Positions 19,895 through 28,821 of a stretch of DNA of 64,000 nucleotides are shown here, in pieces. Positions within the stretch are counted from its first letter, which is position 1. Each line of letters opens with the position of its first letter. The position numbers were made by a program, and so were the translations under genes. Source of the stretch: Promethearchaeota archaeon (GTDB lineage Archaea; Asgardarchaeota; Lokiarchaeia; Sigyniarchaeales; SOKP01); the NCBI GenBank assembly GCA_048940925.1, contig JBHLOC010000014.1:15184-79183 (forward strand). The letters are read 5' to 3'. Below the pieces are notes generated by a model. That model did not search any database, had not been told where the DNA came from, and was given only the letters and a program-made list of their open reading frames with translations.

Positions 19895-21190
19895 TTAATA
19901 AAATGGATTAACTTTCTTTTTAATTCCGTCATGTGGATCGTAATAATAAAGAGTATTGGGAGAAATATCTTCTGCAACTAATGTATGTGCTCCTATTATG
20001 GAATTTTCACCAATCTTCTTTCCACACATTACACTAACATTAATTCCAGTCTGCACATTAGGACCAATAAAAGCACCTAATTTTCTTCTGCCTGTATCAA
20101 TTAATTTCCCCTCTATGGTAACTTTAACATTCTTATTATCGAACCTTAAATTGGATATTTTTGAGCCAGCACCAAGATTTACATTTTCACATATAATTGA
20201 ATCTCCAACATAATTAAAATGAGGAATATTTGAATTCGAAAAAATTAGAGAATTTTTAACTTCGGATATACCAATATGACAATAATTTCCAACAGAAGTA
20301 TAGGGTCTTATAAAGGCGTTAGGTCCAATTAATGTATTTTCCCCAATATAACATGGTCCTTGGATATAACTTCCGGATTTAACATTTGTATTCTCCCCTA
20401 TATAAACATTTCCGATGATATGAACATTTTTTTCAATATCACCCAATATTTTCCTTTCTATTCTATCTAAAAAATAGGAATTCGCCTCAAATAGTTGCCA
20501 TGGTAATCCAATATCGCTCCAAAAATAATCTTTAATAGTATAACCTAAAATCCTTCCCTTTAATTCATTTATTAAAATCTGCATAGAATCTGTAAATTCA
20601 TATTCCCCTCGGATTGATTTTTCAGTTTTTTCAATTGCTTGAAAGATTTTAGAATTGAATATAAAAACACCTGCGTTTGCTAGATTCCCCGCATTCATCT
20701 CTGGTGAGGGTTTTTCAATAATTTTTTCAACAAAACTGTTAGAATTTAGCGAGATAATCCCGAATTCTTCAGGATTTTTCACTTCCATTAATAAAATTAT
20801 ACCTTCTACCTTATTTTCACTATATTTTTGTACAAGTTTTTGATATACTATAGGTTCTACTAATAAATCTCCATACATAAATAATACAGATTCATCATTC
20901 GCAAAATTTTTACTATAATTAAAAGCATGAGCTGTTCCCAATTGCTCCTCTTGTGTGATATATTCAATTTTCACATTAAATTTATCTTGACCATTACCGA
21001 AATAGTCTCTTATAATATTTTTCTTATACCCAACTATTAATAAAATTTCATCAACTCCCGCATCTTTTAATCCTAAGATGGTATGTTCCAATAAAGGCTT
21101 TCCAGCGAGAGGGATCATAGGTTTTGGGCGAGAAGAAGTTATAGGCATCAATCTCTTTCCCTTTCCCGCAGCAATGATAACAGCTTTCAT
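19895..21190 (-). CDS. glmU: Archaeal bifunctional sugar-1-phosphate nucleotidyltransferase/acetyltransferase (GlmU-like)
   Basis: AAGKGKRLMPITSSRPKPM, RGEYEFTD, C-terminal hexapeptide repeats, HFNYVGDS, TGRRKLGA. Confidence 0.88.
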   Translation of the reverse strand: MKAVIIAAGKGKRLMPITSSRPKPMIPLAGKPLLEHTILGLKDAGVDEILLIVGYKKNIIRDYFGNGQDKFNVKIEYITQEEQLGTAHAFNYSKNFANDESVLFMYGDLLVEPIVYQKLVQKYSENKVEGIILLMEVKNPEEFGIISLNSNSFVEKIIEKPSPEMNAGNLANAGVFIFNSKIFQAIEKTEKSIRGEYEFTDSMQILINELKGRILGYTIKDYFWSDIGLPWQLFEANSYFLDRIERKILGDIEKNVHIIGNVYIGENTNVKSGSYIQGPCYIGENTLIGPNAFIRPYTSVGNYCHIGISEVKNSLIFSNSNIPHFNYVGDSIICENVNLGAGSKISNLRFDNKNVKVTIEGKLIDTGRRKLGAFIGPNVQTGINVSVMCGKKIGENSIIGAHTLVAEDISPNTLYYYDPHDGIKKKVNPFY

Positions 21191-21285
21191 ATAAAACTTA
21201 ATCGACTATTTAATTAAAAATTTCCTAAGATTTCTAACTAGTTTAATATAAATTAAAGTTGTATATAATAAGATTAATTCATATG

Positions 21286-22776
21286 TTATAACATTCTTTT
21301 AATCTCAAATATGTGTCCGTTCCACGCAGATAAATCAACATATAATCCATATTTATTAAGGTCATTTCCTTTGTAAACATATTCTTTCTGTGTAAGCAAA
21401 TCACTAAATTTCCAATTATTAGATCCATAATTTAACTTGTTTATTTTAATATGCGCTTTTGCAGGATTAGGACTATAATTCACTACTATTGCTATATTTA
21501 GAGAATTATTCCCCCAATAGTAAGATATAATGTTATTAAAAGAGTGATCACTGATTTCTATTGGTTTAACTTCACATATCTCCCAATTTTCTTTTCTAAA
21601 TCCTTTAGAAGGTACGATTTTTAATAAATTTCTATAAAAATCAAGTAAAGATTTATTGATTTCTTCACTTTCTCTTCTTCCTAATTGAACAGGTAATTTT
21701 ATTTTATACCCACACATTTGTCCCTCATGAATTAATTTAGCTCCAGGCAATGTCAATGTTATAATAGCTGCAGCACGGCTTCGCTCTTCCCCAAAGAGAG
21801 AAATTGCTCTTTGTTCATCATGATTTTCCATAAATCTAACAAGTTTACTTTGATAATCCCATTCAGCATTAAGATGAGCTTTAATACTTTGAACATTTCC
21901 ATGAAGTAGGCGTTCATATAACCTTTTATCATAACAAAAATCAAATCCCTGCTGTTGAAGTGCCCATTCCATATCCCAATAGACTTCCGCAATAAAAATG
22001 AAGTGGGGAAACTCTTTTTTGACTTTAGGAATTATTTCCTCCCAAAATTCTTTTTCTGGTTTTGGTCCTGCCTTTTCACCCCATGTATTCTCAAACACAT
22101 CATTCGTAGTTAACATTGCCATATCACACCGAACTCCATCGCATAACATTGCTATTTGTAGTAATGTTTTTACAGTTTTTTCTCGTGCTTCTTTTGAGAA
22201 AGCATTAATCTGGATAGTGTCAGTCCAAGCGGGGAAATTTGGATCTTTACCATGTGCATATACATTATCTGAAATACTAAAAAAATCATTCGCATGAGAA
22301 ATTAAATCTTCTACGGTCCCTTTTATAAATAGATTTTTTTCTAAAGTCCAGAGTGAATCGATAGAAACATGATTGGGAACATAATCGAGCATCAATCTAA
22401 TCCCCCTTTCGAATAATTGCTTCCGGATCTCTGTTAAACCCTCAATTCCACCAATATGCTTATCCACATGATAATAATAAACAGAATATGGTGATCCGAT
22501 TACATCCTCATCTCTGAAATCAGAAAGAGCCCTATGATATTCAGTTTGTAAATCGGGATGTTCAAATGCAATTCTTTTACTCGCTGGGCTTCTTTCCCAT
22601 ACACCCATTAACCACACAGCATCAAATAAGGATAGTTCTTGATCAAAAACCTCTTCTGGGATATTTTTGAGAGTTATAGAGTAATTGTAATGTTCGGATA
22701 AGGAATGGAGCCAAGGCCATGTATTAATTTCATAAATCTTAGGATTTCTAGGCCATTTTATATCTTTAAATGGCAT
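21286..22776 (-). CDS. GH13 alpha-amylase-family glycoside hydrolase
   Basis: DYVPNH, GVRCDMA, FIAEVYW, FMENHDE catalytic regions. Confidence 0.9.
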   Translation of the reverse strand: MPFKDIKWPRNPKIYEINTWPWLHSLSEHYNYSITLKNIPEEVFDQELSLFDAVWLMGVWERSPASKRIAFEHPDLQTEYHRALSDFRDEDVIGSPYSVYYYHVDKHIGGIEGLTEIRKQLFERGIRLMLDYVPNHVSIDSLWTLEKNLFIKGTVEDLISHANDFFSISDNVYAHGKDPNFPAWTDTIQINAFSKEAREKTVKTLLQIAMLCDGVRCDMAMLTTNDVFENTWGEKAGPKPEKEFWEEIIPKVKKEFPHFIFIAEVYWDMEWALQQQGFDFCYDKRLYERLLHGNVQSIKAHLNAEWDYQSKLVRFMENHDEQRAISLFGEERSRAAAIITLTLPGAKLIHEGQMCGYKIKLPVQLGRRESEEINKSLLDFYRNLLKIVPSKGFRKENWEICEVKPIEISDHSFNNIISYYWGNNSLNIAIVVNYSPNPAKAHIKINKLNYGSNNWKFSDLLTQKEYVYKGNDLNKYGLYVDLSAWNGHIFEIKRML

Positions 22777-22938
22777 TCTACTATACTTTTATTTAAATTA
22801 TAATCAAATTAATGATTATGATTTAGATTTCATTGTTTATAAAATAATACTTTAGAAAAACATACTTACAAAATAAATACATATAAATTTCTTTATAATC
22901 ATAATAATAATAGAAAAAGTAAAAAAAAATAAATAAAA

Positions 22939-23505
22939 ATGAGTGAAGAAAAAGAAGCATTAAAGCAATTAATAATGCTTATCTCTGATTTACGAGCAAA
23001 AGATGAAGAAAGATATGCTTCACATGTGGAATTTATGAATGAAACAATTAGAATGATTAGTGCTATTGAATCTCAGATGAATAAACACTGGAAAACTGTG
23101 TTGGATTCTTTAAGTGAATTAAATGAAAGTATCAAAGCAAATTTAGACTCCTTACTTACAGGCATTAATCCAAAAGGATTAAGAGAAACTTCAAAATCTT
23201 TAAAAGAAATAATGGATACAATGAATAAGAGTGTGCAAACTATGAATCTGGAAAAGGTTTTAAGTGAATTAAAAGTCCTTAAATCTGGAGAGGTTTCTTA
23301 TGTGCCTGCACCTCAACCAGTTGCAGTTGGTCAACAACCAGAACCTATTACTTCTAGTATGAGTTTAAAACCTTCTGGTTTGGCAGTTCCAGGAGGCGCA
23401 AGTGCTCCCAGTAGTGAACCAGAATGGGTTGATCCGCATGAAAAAAAGAAAAAGGAAGAAGAAGATCAACATTTGCTAAAACCATCTGATTTCTTTGGAA
23501 GTTAA
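22939..23505 (+). CDS. Hypothetical coiled-coil protein with Pro-rich tail
   Basis: Helical heptad-rich N-terminal two-thirds, P/S/A-rich linker, C-terminal LLKPSDFFGS. Confidence 0.7.
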   Translation: MSEEKEALKQLIMLISDLRAKDEERYASHVEFMNETIRMISAIESQMNKHWKTVLDSLSELNESIKANLDSLLTGINPKGLRETSKSLKEIMDTMNKSVQTMNLEKVLSELKVLKSGEVSYVPAPQPVAVGQQPEPITSSMSLKPSGLAVPGGASAPSSEPEWVDPHEKKKKEEEDQHLLKPSDFFGS

Positions 23506-23518
23506 ATATGACTTACCT

Positions 23519-24877
23519 CTATTTAAATAATTCCATAAAGGATTCTAGCTTAACTTTCACTTCCCTAATACCCTCCCCAATTTTGTTGAAATTAATTAAG
23601 GTTGTAGGGATTTTTAATTCAGTTCTAATTTTATTTTTCAGTAATTCATAACAATTTGAATAATTAGGATAGCATTCAAAAACTTGATTAAGTATTAAGC
23701 CATTAAATCCACATTTTTTAGTAAAACTTAAATAAGAATTCAGTAATGCATTACAATCCGATAAACAGAGAATTCCTTTAAAAGCTGCATTTAAAAGAAA
23801 ACGAGAATAATCTTCAATTGGATCAGAATCTTTTGAGACAGGTACTTCTTCTAATAGACCTAATATGTCCCAATCTGCATATATAACTCTCCCTCCTAAA
23901 TTATAAATAATCTCCTGAATTTCTGGTTCCCAACCATTGAAAATAGGGGAGTAAAGTAGTTTAGGTCTATTTGAAACATCCATTCCTATTCCCTTCTTTA
24001 TACGCTCGCGCATTTCTTTCACCAAATGACTCAAATTTTCTAAGTAGCGCTGAGCATTTGAGTTATAGTCTTGAAATGATATTGTTAATAATGCTAAAAT
24101 TTCTGAAAATGTAGCAGGATTACACGGATAAAAATCTGAATCGCTTATCTCATATAAAATGGTTTTATAATATCTTTTCACCTGATTTCCAATACGAAAT
24201 TGCTTTTTTAAACTGTTATCAGTAACTATATTACCAGTTATAGATTCTATTTTTTTTATCGCATTTTCCACATTTCGTTTCATGATATTTAAGGATTCAT
24301 TCTTATTCTCAAGATTCTTTGGGGGAAAATCAATCTTAATTTGATTTGAAAGAAGAGGTTTTAATGATTCGGAATATTTATTCCACTCTTCACACCTTAT
24401 CGCAAATTTCAAGTTTGCGTCCAATTTTTCGTAGTGGGATCGATGCATTCCATAAATAGCATTTAAACCATAACATAACTTAGATGAGTTTCCCTCTTTC
24501 ACCCCTATGTCATACATTTCATTATATTTATTATTTATAGTGCCTATAACATCGTTGATTATATTATCGACAAGTTTTAAAAAATCTAGTTGTCTTGCTA
24601 TACCTAGTAGGTTTGTAGTAAGATCCCATCCAAATAAACTTTTAGCGGTATTGAGGGCAAGTAAATACAGGTTAATTCTGAATTTTTCCATGCGAATAGG
24701 AAACACAGGAATAGAATCAGCAGCAAAAATTAAATCTGGAAATCCTAACGCAACTGAAATCAATTTCTTTTTTTCCTTATTTTTCTTTTTATTTAAATAA
24801 TCCCTCCCAGTTAAGAAATTATAAGCTATTTTCAAAACCGAAGTAAAACTTACAACATCATCAGCGTATACACTCAT
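23519..24877 (-). CDS. 2-hydroxyacyl-CoA dehydratase / benzoyl-CoA reductase family subunit (paralog of 35397..36755)
   Basis: Shares DD(V/I)V.F.SVL.IAYN.LTGRDYL, CYG, IRC..WNKY, SDFYPCNPATFSEIL and YADWD with 35397..36755. Confidence 0.8.
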   Translation of the reverse strand: MSVYADDVVSFTSVLKIAYNFLTGRDYLNKKKNKEKKKLISVALGFPDLIFAADSIPVFPIRMEKFRINLYLLALNTAKSLFGWDLTTNLLGIARQLDFLKLVDNIINDVIGTINNKYNEMYDIGVKEGNSSKLCYGLNAIYGMHRSHYEKLDANLKFAIRCEEWNKYSESLKPLLSNQIKIDFPPKNLENKNESLNIMKRNVENAIKKIESITGNIVTDNSLKKQFRIGNQVKRYYKTILYEISDSDFYPCNPATFSEILALLTISFQDYNSNAQRYLENLSHLVKEMRERIKKGIGMDVSNRPKLLYSPIFNGWEPEIQEIIYNLGGRVIYADWDILGLLEEVPVSKDSDPIEDYSRFLLNAAFKGILCLSDCNALLNSYLSFTKKCGFNGLILNQVFECYPNYSNCYELLKNKIRTELKIPTTLINFNKIGEGIREVKVKLESFMELFK

Positions 24878-25356
24878 TTTCTTATGTGCCGCAATAATTT
24901 CTTATTACAATATGATATTAGAGAATCCACATTTTAAAATTAATCATAAAGTTGTAATAAAATTTATGAGATTTAATATATATACCCAAATTTTTACATA
25001 GTTATCTTGAATAGAATATATTCATTGTTTAAAAGTGTCAATTTAAAGAAATATTAAAATTTTAAAATTATTATTCGAAAAAATTAAATATTATAATTTT
25101 TATTTGTGAAATAGATATAAAAATGATTTGATATCTATTTACCGGAATTTTTCCTTTAAATTAATTTGAATATAAAATATAGTATTCAAATGGAACCAAA
25201 ATATAAAATTCCATGGTACTATTATAAGAATTTTATACTTTTATTAAACAAATTGGTCAACGTAAAGGTTTTTTTTAAAGTAAATCCAAAAAGTTCTACG
25301 ATGGATGTCATAAAATTATTTAAATAAAAATATAATAAAAGATTATTGGTGATGGA

Positions 25357-25623
25357 ATAGATAAAGACGAAATTTTTATGAAAAGATTATACGAGCTTGT
25401 TTCAAATATGAAACTTCCCTTAATAGATGAAAAAATCCATGACAATGTTAAATTTAAATCAAATAATACAATTACTATGATTAAATTTGTTTTTGATGAA
25501 ACTGAATTAATTTTACGAGGATTTCTAGGATTAGCAGAATACTTTCATTCAGTAATTACTGAGTCAAAAAATAAATTTTACATTCCTCCTGACCATAAGA
25601 TGTTTATTTTAGAAAGTGCCTAA
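25357..25623 (+). CDS. Hypothetical protein (ATG at 25378, or ATA at 25357 behind GGTGA)
   Basis: 81-aa ORF from the ATG; frame open upstream to ATA at 25357 with GGTGA at 25348-25352. Confidence 0.55.
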   Translation: MDKDEIFMKRLYELVSNMKLPLIDEKIHDNVKFKSNNTITMIKFVFDETELILRGFLGLAEYFHSVITESKNKFYIPPDHKMFILESA

Positions 25624-25709
25624 TAGTACTTATGATTTGTACTAAATTTTTTCGAATTTGAATGATTTAGGAAGAAGCGCTTTTCTACTTCAATATTATA
25701 TAATTAAAA

Positions 25710-25991
25710 ATGAATAAAGGAATAAGGTTTGATATGAAAAAATATTTTTGTTCTAAGTGTAAAAAACAACATCATAGAGGAAAGATCTATAGAGAACATT
25801 TGAAATTTAAACAAGAAATGAAAAGTTTAAAGCCTCCTGATAAGGGGAATTTAAAGGTTAGTCTCGAATCTTTTAGATCAATTGCTAAACGTCAGCTTAA
25901 TAGATTGCTTAAAAAAATGGATGAAACAGGGAATCATCAGCTTTATAAAAATGAAATTATTAAGTTAATAAAAAAAGAAAATAGGAGATAA
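25710..25991 (+). CDS. Small basic protein with CxxC...H...H zinc-finger-like motif
   Basis: FCSKCKKQHHRGKIYREH; ends 2 nt before the TBP start. Confidence 0.7.
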   Translation: MNKGIRFDMKKYFCSKCKKQHHRGKIYREHLKFKQEMKSLKPPDKGNLKVSLESFRSIAKRQLNRLLKKMDETGNHQLYKNEIIKLIKKENRR

Positions 25992-25993
25992 AT

Positions 25994-26626
25994 GTGGCAG
26001 ATCTAAAAAGAATTTATGAATCTAATGATGAGAATAAAGAATTGGATTACAAAATAAATAATATTGTAGCAACTGTATATATCGAGCTTGAAGAAAAGAT
26101 AAATCTTGTTAAAATCGCTCGAAAATTTTATGGTGCTGAATACTATCCAGAACGATTTCCTGGTTTAATTTTTAGACAGGATAATCCTCGAGCTACCTTC
26201 TTAATCTTTTCAACAGGAAAAATGGTGATTACTGGATTAGAATTCATTCATGATGCTGAGAAAGCAGTTAGTATTTTAGTAAAAAAGTTTAAAAAAATTG
26301 GGATTAAATTACCTGATCCTAAAATAATTATCCAAAATATTGTAGCAAACGGAAATTTACACACATTAATAGATTTGAATAAAGCAGCTATTCTATTAGA
26401 CTATGCAATGTATGAACCTGAAATCTTTCCAGGATTAATTTACAATATGAAAGATCCCCGTGCTGTATTTCTACTATTTTCAACTGGTAAATTTGTGTGC
26501 ACTGGGATTAAAAATGAAGAAATCATAGAAGAAGCAATATTAAAGTTGAGACGAGTTCTTAATAATTTGGAGATTACGAGTGAAAAACTGATCGGACATG
26601 AAGAGGAAGAACTGTTATTTTTATAA
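25994..26626 (+). CDS. tbp: TATA-box-binding protein (divergent paralog)
   Basis: Two TBP repeats: NIVAT..YYPERFPGLIFR..LIFSTGKMVITG and NIVAN..YEPEIFPGLIY..LLFSTGKFVCTG; acidic C-tail. Confidence 0.95.
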   Translation: MADLKRIYESNDENKELDYKINNIVATVYIELEEKINLVKIARKFYGAEYYPERFPGLIFRQDNPRATFLIFSTGKMVITGLEFIHDAEKAVSILVKKFKKIGIKLPDPKIIIQNIVANGNLHTLIDLNKAAILLDYAMYEPEIFPGLIYNMKDPRAVFLLFSTGKFVCTGIKNEEIIEEAILKLRRVLNNLEITSEKLIGHEEEELLFL

Positions 26627-26666
26627 ATTAATCTAAATTTATTTTAAAGTGAATTTTTGATTCAAA

Positions 26667-26891
26667 ATGGTTGAATTTTGTGAAAATTGTAATGGAATGA
26701 TGCTTCCATCTAAAGATAAAACTAAAAAAGTACTTATATGTAATCTTTGTGGTAAAAGTAAGCCTTTAGAAGCTGATATAATAGAATCTTATGTATATAT
26801 AAAAGAAATAGATCATCACCCTGGAGAAGAATTTAAAAACTTAGAAAAAATGAAAAATTGGAGAAATTCTAAAAAAAATAATTTATCTTAA
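26667..26891 (+). CDS. TFS/RpoM/Rpb9-like protein, N-terminal zinc ribbon and linker only
   Basis: MVEFCENCNGMMLP...LICNLCG then YVYIKEIDHHP; no C-terminal ribbon or acidic DE hairpin. Confidence 0.75.
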   Translation: MVEFCENCNGMMLPSKDKTKKVLICNLCGKSKPLEADIIESYVYIKEIDHHPGEEFKNLEKMKNWRNSKKNNLS

Positions 26892-27116
26892 GAGAGATAA
26901 TACTAGTTTATCTTAAATTAATAATTGAAAAGTTAAAATTAAGAATAATTTCAAGAATAAAAATAGCATTAGAAAATTTCTAAATTAACTCTTTTTTTTT
27001 CCAAAAAATTTCATTTGTAGAATGAAAATACACTTAATTTTAATAATAACAATTATTAGTTTAATATTTAGAAATTATCTAAATTCAATAATAATTATTT
27101 TCCTTGAAAATCGAAA

Positions 27117-27572
27117 ATGAAGTTAAAAGAAATTAAGTGGAAAGAAAGTATAGTAAAAAGTATAATTTATAGGGCATTAGCTTTAGTATTAGGTACTCTT
27201 ACAGTGTATATTTTCACAGGTAGTATTGCATTAGCTACTGGAGTAGCAATTCTAACCGAAGCAGTCCAAGCCGTAAATTACTTCATATATGAGTTAATAT
27301 GGAGTAATATTGCAAGAAAAAAGCTTGAAAGAGAACTGCTGGAAAGATTAAAAAGAAGAGAAATTAATTTAAAAATTAATTTTGAGCCAATAAGAGAAAT
27401 ATCTTACGAATTATCTCAAATTGATACATTTGTTCCGAAATTATATTTGTCAGTATTGCATTTTTTTGAGAGTATGTTGAAAAATGAAGAATTAAAAGAT
27501 ATACATGAAGAAATAGAAAAATATAAAGAAAATTTTGAAAGAGTCCATTCAGCGAGAAAAATGTTTTTTTAA
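27117..27572 (+). CDS. DUF2061-like membrane protein with C-terminal helical extension
   Basis: SIVKSIIYR...YFIYELIW pattern with two TM helices. Confidence 0.7.
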   Translation: MKLKEIKWKESIVKSIIYRALALVLGTLTVYIFTGSIALATGVAILTEAVQAVNYFIYELIWSNIARKKLERELLERLKRREINLKINFEPIREISYELSQIDTFVPKLYLSVLHFFESMLKNEELKDIHEEIEKYKENFERVHSARKMFF

Positions 27573-27634
27573 AAAAGAATGATCCTAAATCTTTAAAAAA
27601 ACAAGGAAATATTTTTGATATTGAACTGGATAAT

Positions 27635-27964
27635 TTAATCTTGGATTAAAATATTTTCCTTAGGGAATCCCTCTTTTATAAGAAATTTCTTTAATTTAAA
27701 ACGATGATCTCCTTGTAGTTCAATATAATTGTCTCCATATGTACCACCAGATGCACATTTTTTTTTCGCTTTAGTGATGAGGTTATCTAAATCTATATTT
27801 AAGTCGCCACTAAACTTAACAATAGAGACAATTTTCCCCCATCTTCTTTTTTCGTTGTAAATCTTTATTCGTTGTTCTTCAGCTTCTAATTTCTCACATA
27901 TACATAACACCTTAGGAAAACTACATAAAGGGCAAATACTCTCCTCTTTAATTTCAATAATCAC
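27635..27964 (-). CDS. sui1: Translation initiation factor aIF1 (SUI1 family)
   Basis: ICPLCSFPKVLCIC, KRRWGKIVS, KKKCASGGT, IELQGDHR. Start is either the GTG inside the SD or ATT at 27952. Confidence 0.93.
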   Translation of the reverse strand: MIIEIKEESICPLCSFPKVLCICEKLEAEEQRIKIYNEKRRWGKIVSIVKFSGDLNIDLDNLITKAKKKCASGGTYGDNYIELQGDHRFKLKKFLIKEGFPKENILIQD

Positions 27965-28228
27965 CTCTTTAATAATCTTATATTTTTAATCTTCAAATAG
28001 TTAATTGGAAGGAAATTTATTTCTCCTTTAAAAGTTAAAAACTTTAGATTAATTTCTTTGGCCATAAGACTTTCTATATAACATAAATAATCATATTTTA
28101 AAACTAAATAAATCGCAACTCTTTTCCTATTCATATGATATGTTCTACTTTAGTAATGAATAATGTTTTCTGGGAATTTCGAAATAACATAATTAATAGT
28201 ATGAGATTCCTTTTGAAATCTATAAATA

Positions 28229-28453
28229 CTACTTTTTTCTTACTAAGATTTGTTTTGATGCGTGGATAATATCAATTTCAGGTAATTCCTGAATCCTTAT
28301 AATAAGTTCAATTTGATTTTTAATAGTACTCCAATTCGAATTAGCCTTTTCAGAAATTTCACTTATTGTATGAAATTTTCCATCGTCTAAGGCATTATAA
28401 ATATTTTCTACTATTTGCAAAGTGGTTTTTCTGTGTGACTGATTTATAGAAAT
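28229..28453 (-). CDS. Small winged-helix/HTH DNA-binding protein (probable ATT start)
   Basis: TISEISEKANSNWSTIKNQIELI HTH. Frame is open upstream of TTG 28420 to ATT at 28453, 6 nt after GGTGA (28464-28460). Confidence 0.7.
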   Translation of the reverse strand: MSINQSHRKTTLQIVENIYNALDDGKFHTISEISEKANSNWSTIKNQIELIIRIQELPEIDIIHASKQILVRKK

Positions 28454-28731
28454 ATCTTTTCACCAGTTAATTTTTTTTTAATTTATAAAAAGATAAAAAA
28501 ATTCATTAATCATTTGTATTTATTTATATATTGTATATAAAAGTATATAAGTTTACTTAATTTGCAAATAGATGCCTTTAATTAAAAAGTTGTTTATTTA
28601 AATAAATAATAGATTCTCTCTTTTTTAAATTATCATTATATTTAAATATAAAATGTCCTTATAATAATATAGTGTTTCCCATGTCTATTTGTAATATTTC
28701 TCATAAAGTAGCAAAAATGCCTAATTTTAAT

Positions 28732-28775
28732 TTACAACAATCGACTTGTGGAAGGATTGCAAGTCGATTTTGTGA
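28732..28775 (+). promoter_or_regulatory. Long inverted repeat / hairpin upstream of the B12-binding gene
   Basis: AATCGACTTG (28739-28748) / CAAGTCGATT (28760-28769) perfect arms, extendable by G-U pairs and ACAA/TTGT; loop AAGGA. Confidence 0.6.
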
Positions 28776-28821
28776 ATAATTGCGAAATAACACTTTTTAA
28801 ACTCCGAAAGGAGATGATTTT

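Noticed and set aside
25190-25327. 45-codon ORF MEPKYKIPWYYYK... and similar short ORFs in the gaps 55462-55904 and 57945-58453
   Set aside because: No SD, motif or homology evident; compatible with chance in AT-rich DNA.
28636-28651. Palindrome TTATATTTAAATATAA
   Set aside because: All A/T in a very AT-rich spacer; plausible by chance.
28465-28821. Cobalamin riboswitch upstream of the B12-binding gene
   Set aside because: No B12-box-type conserved elements recognised; only a single hairpin, reported separately.
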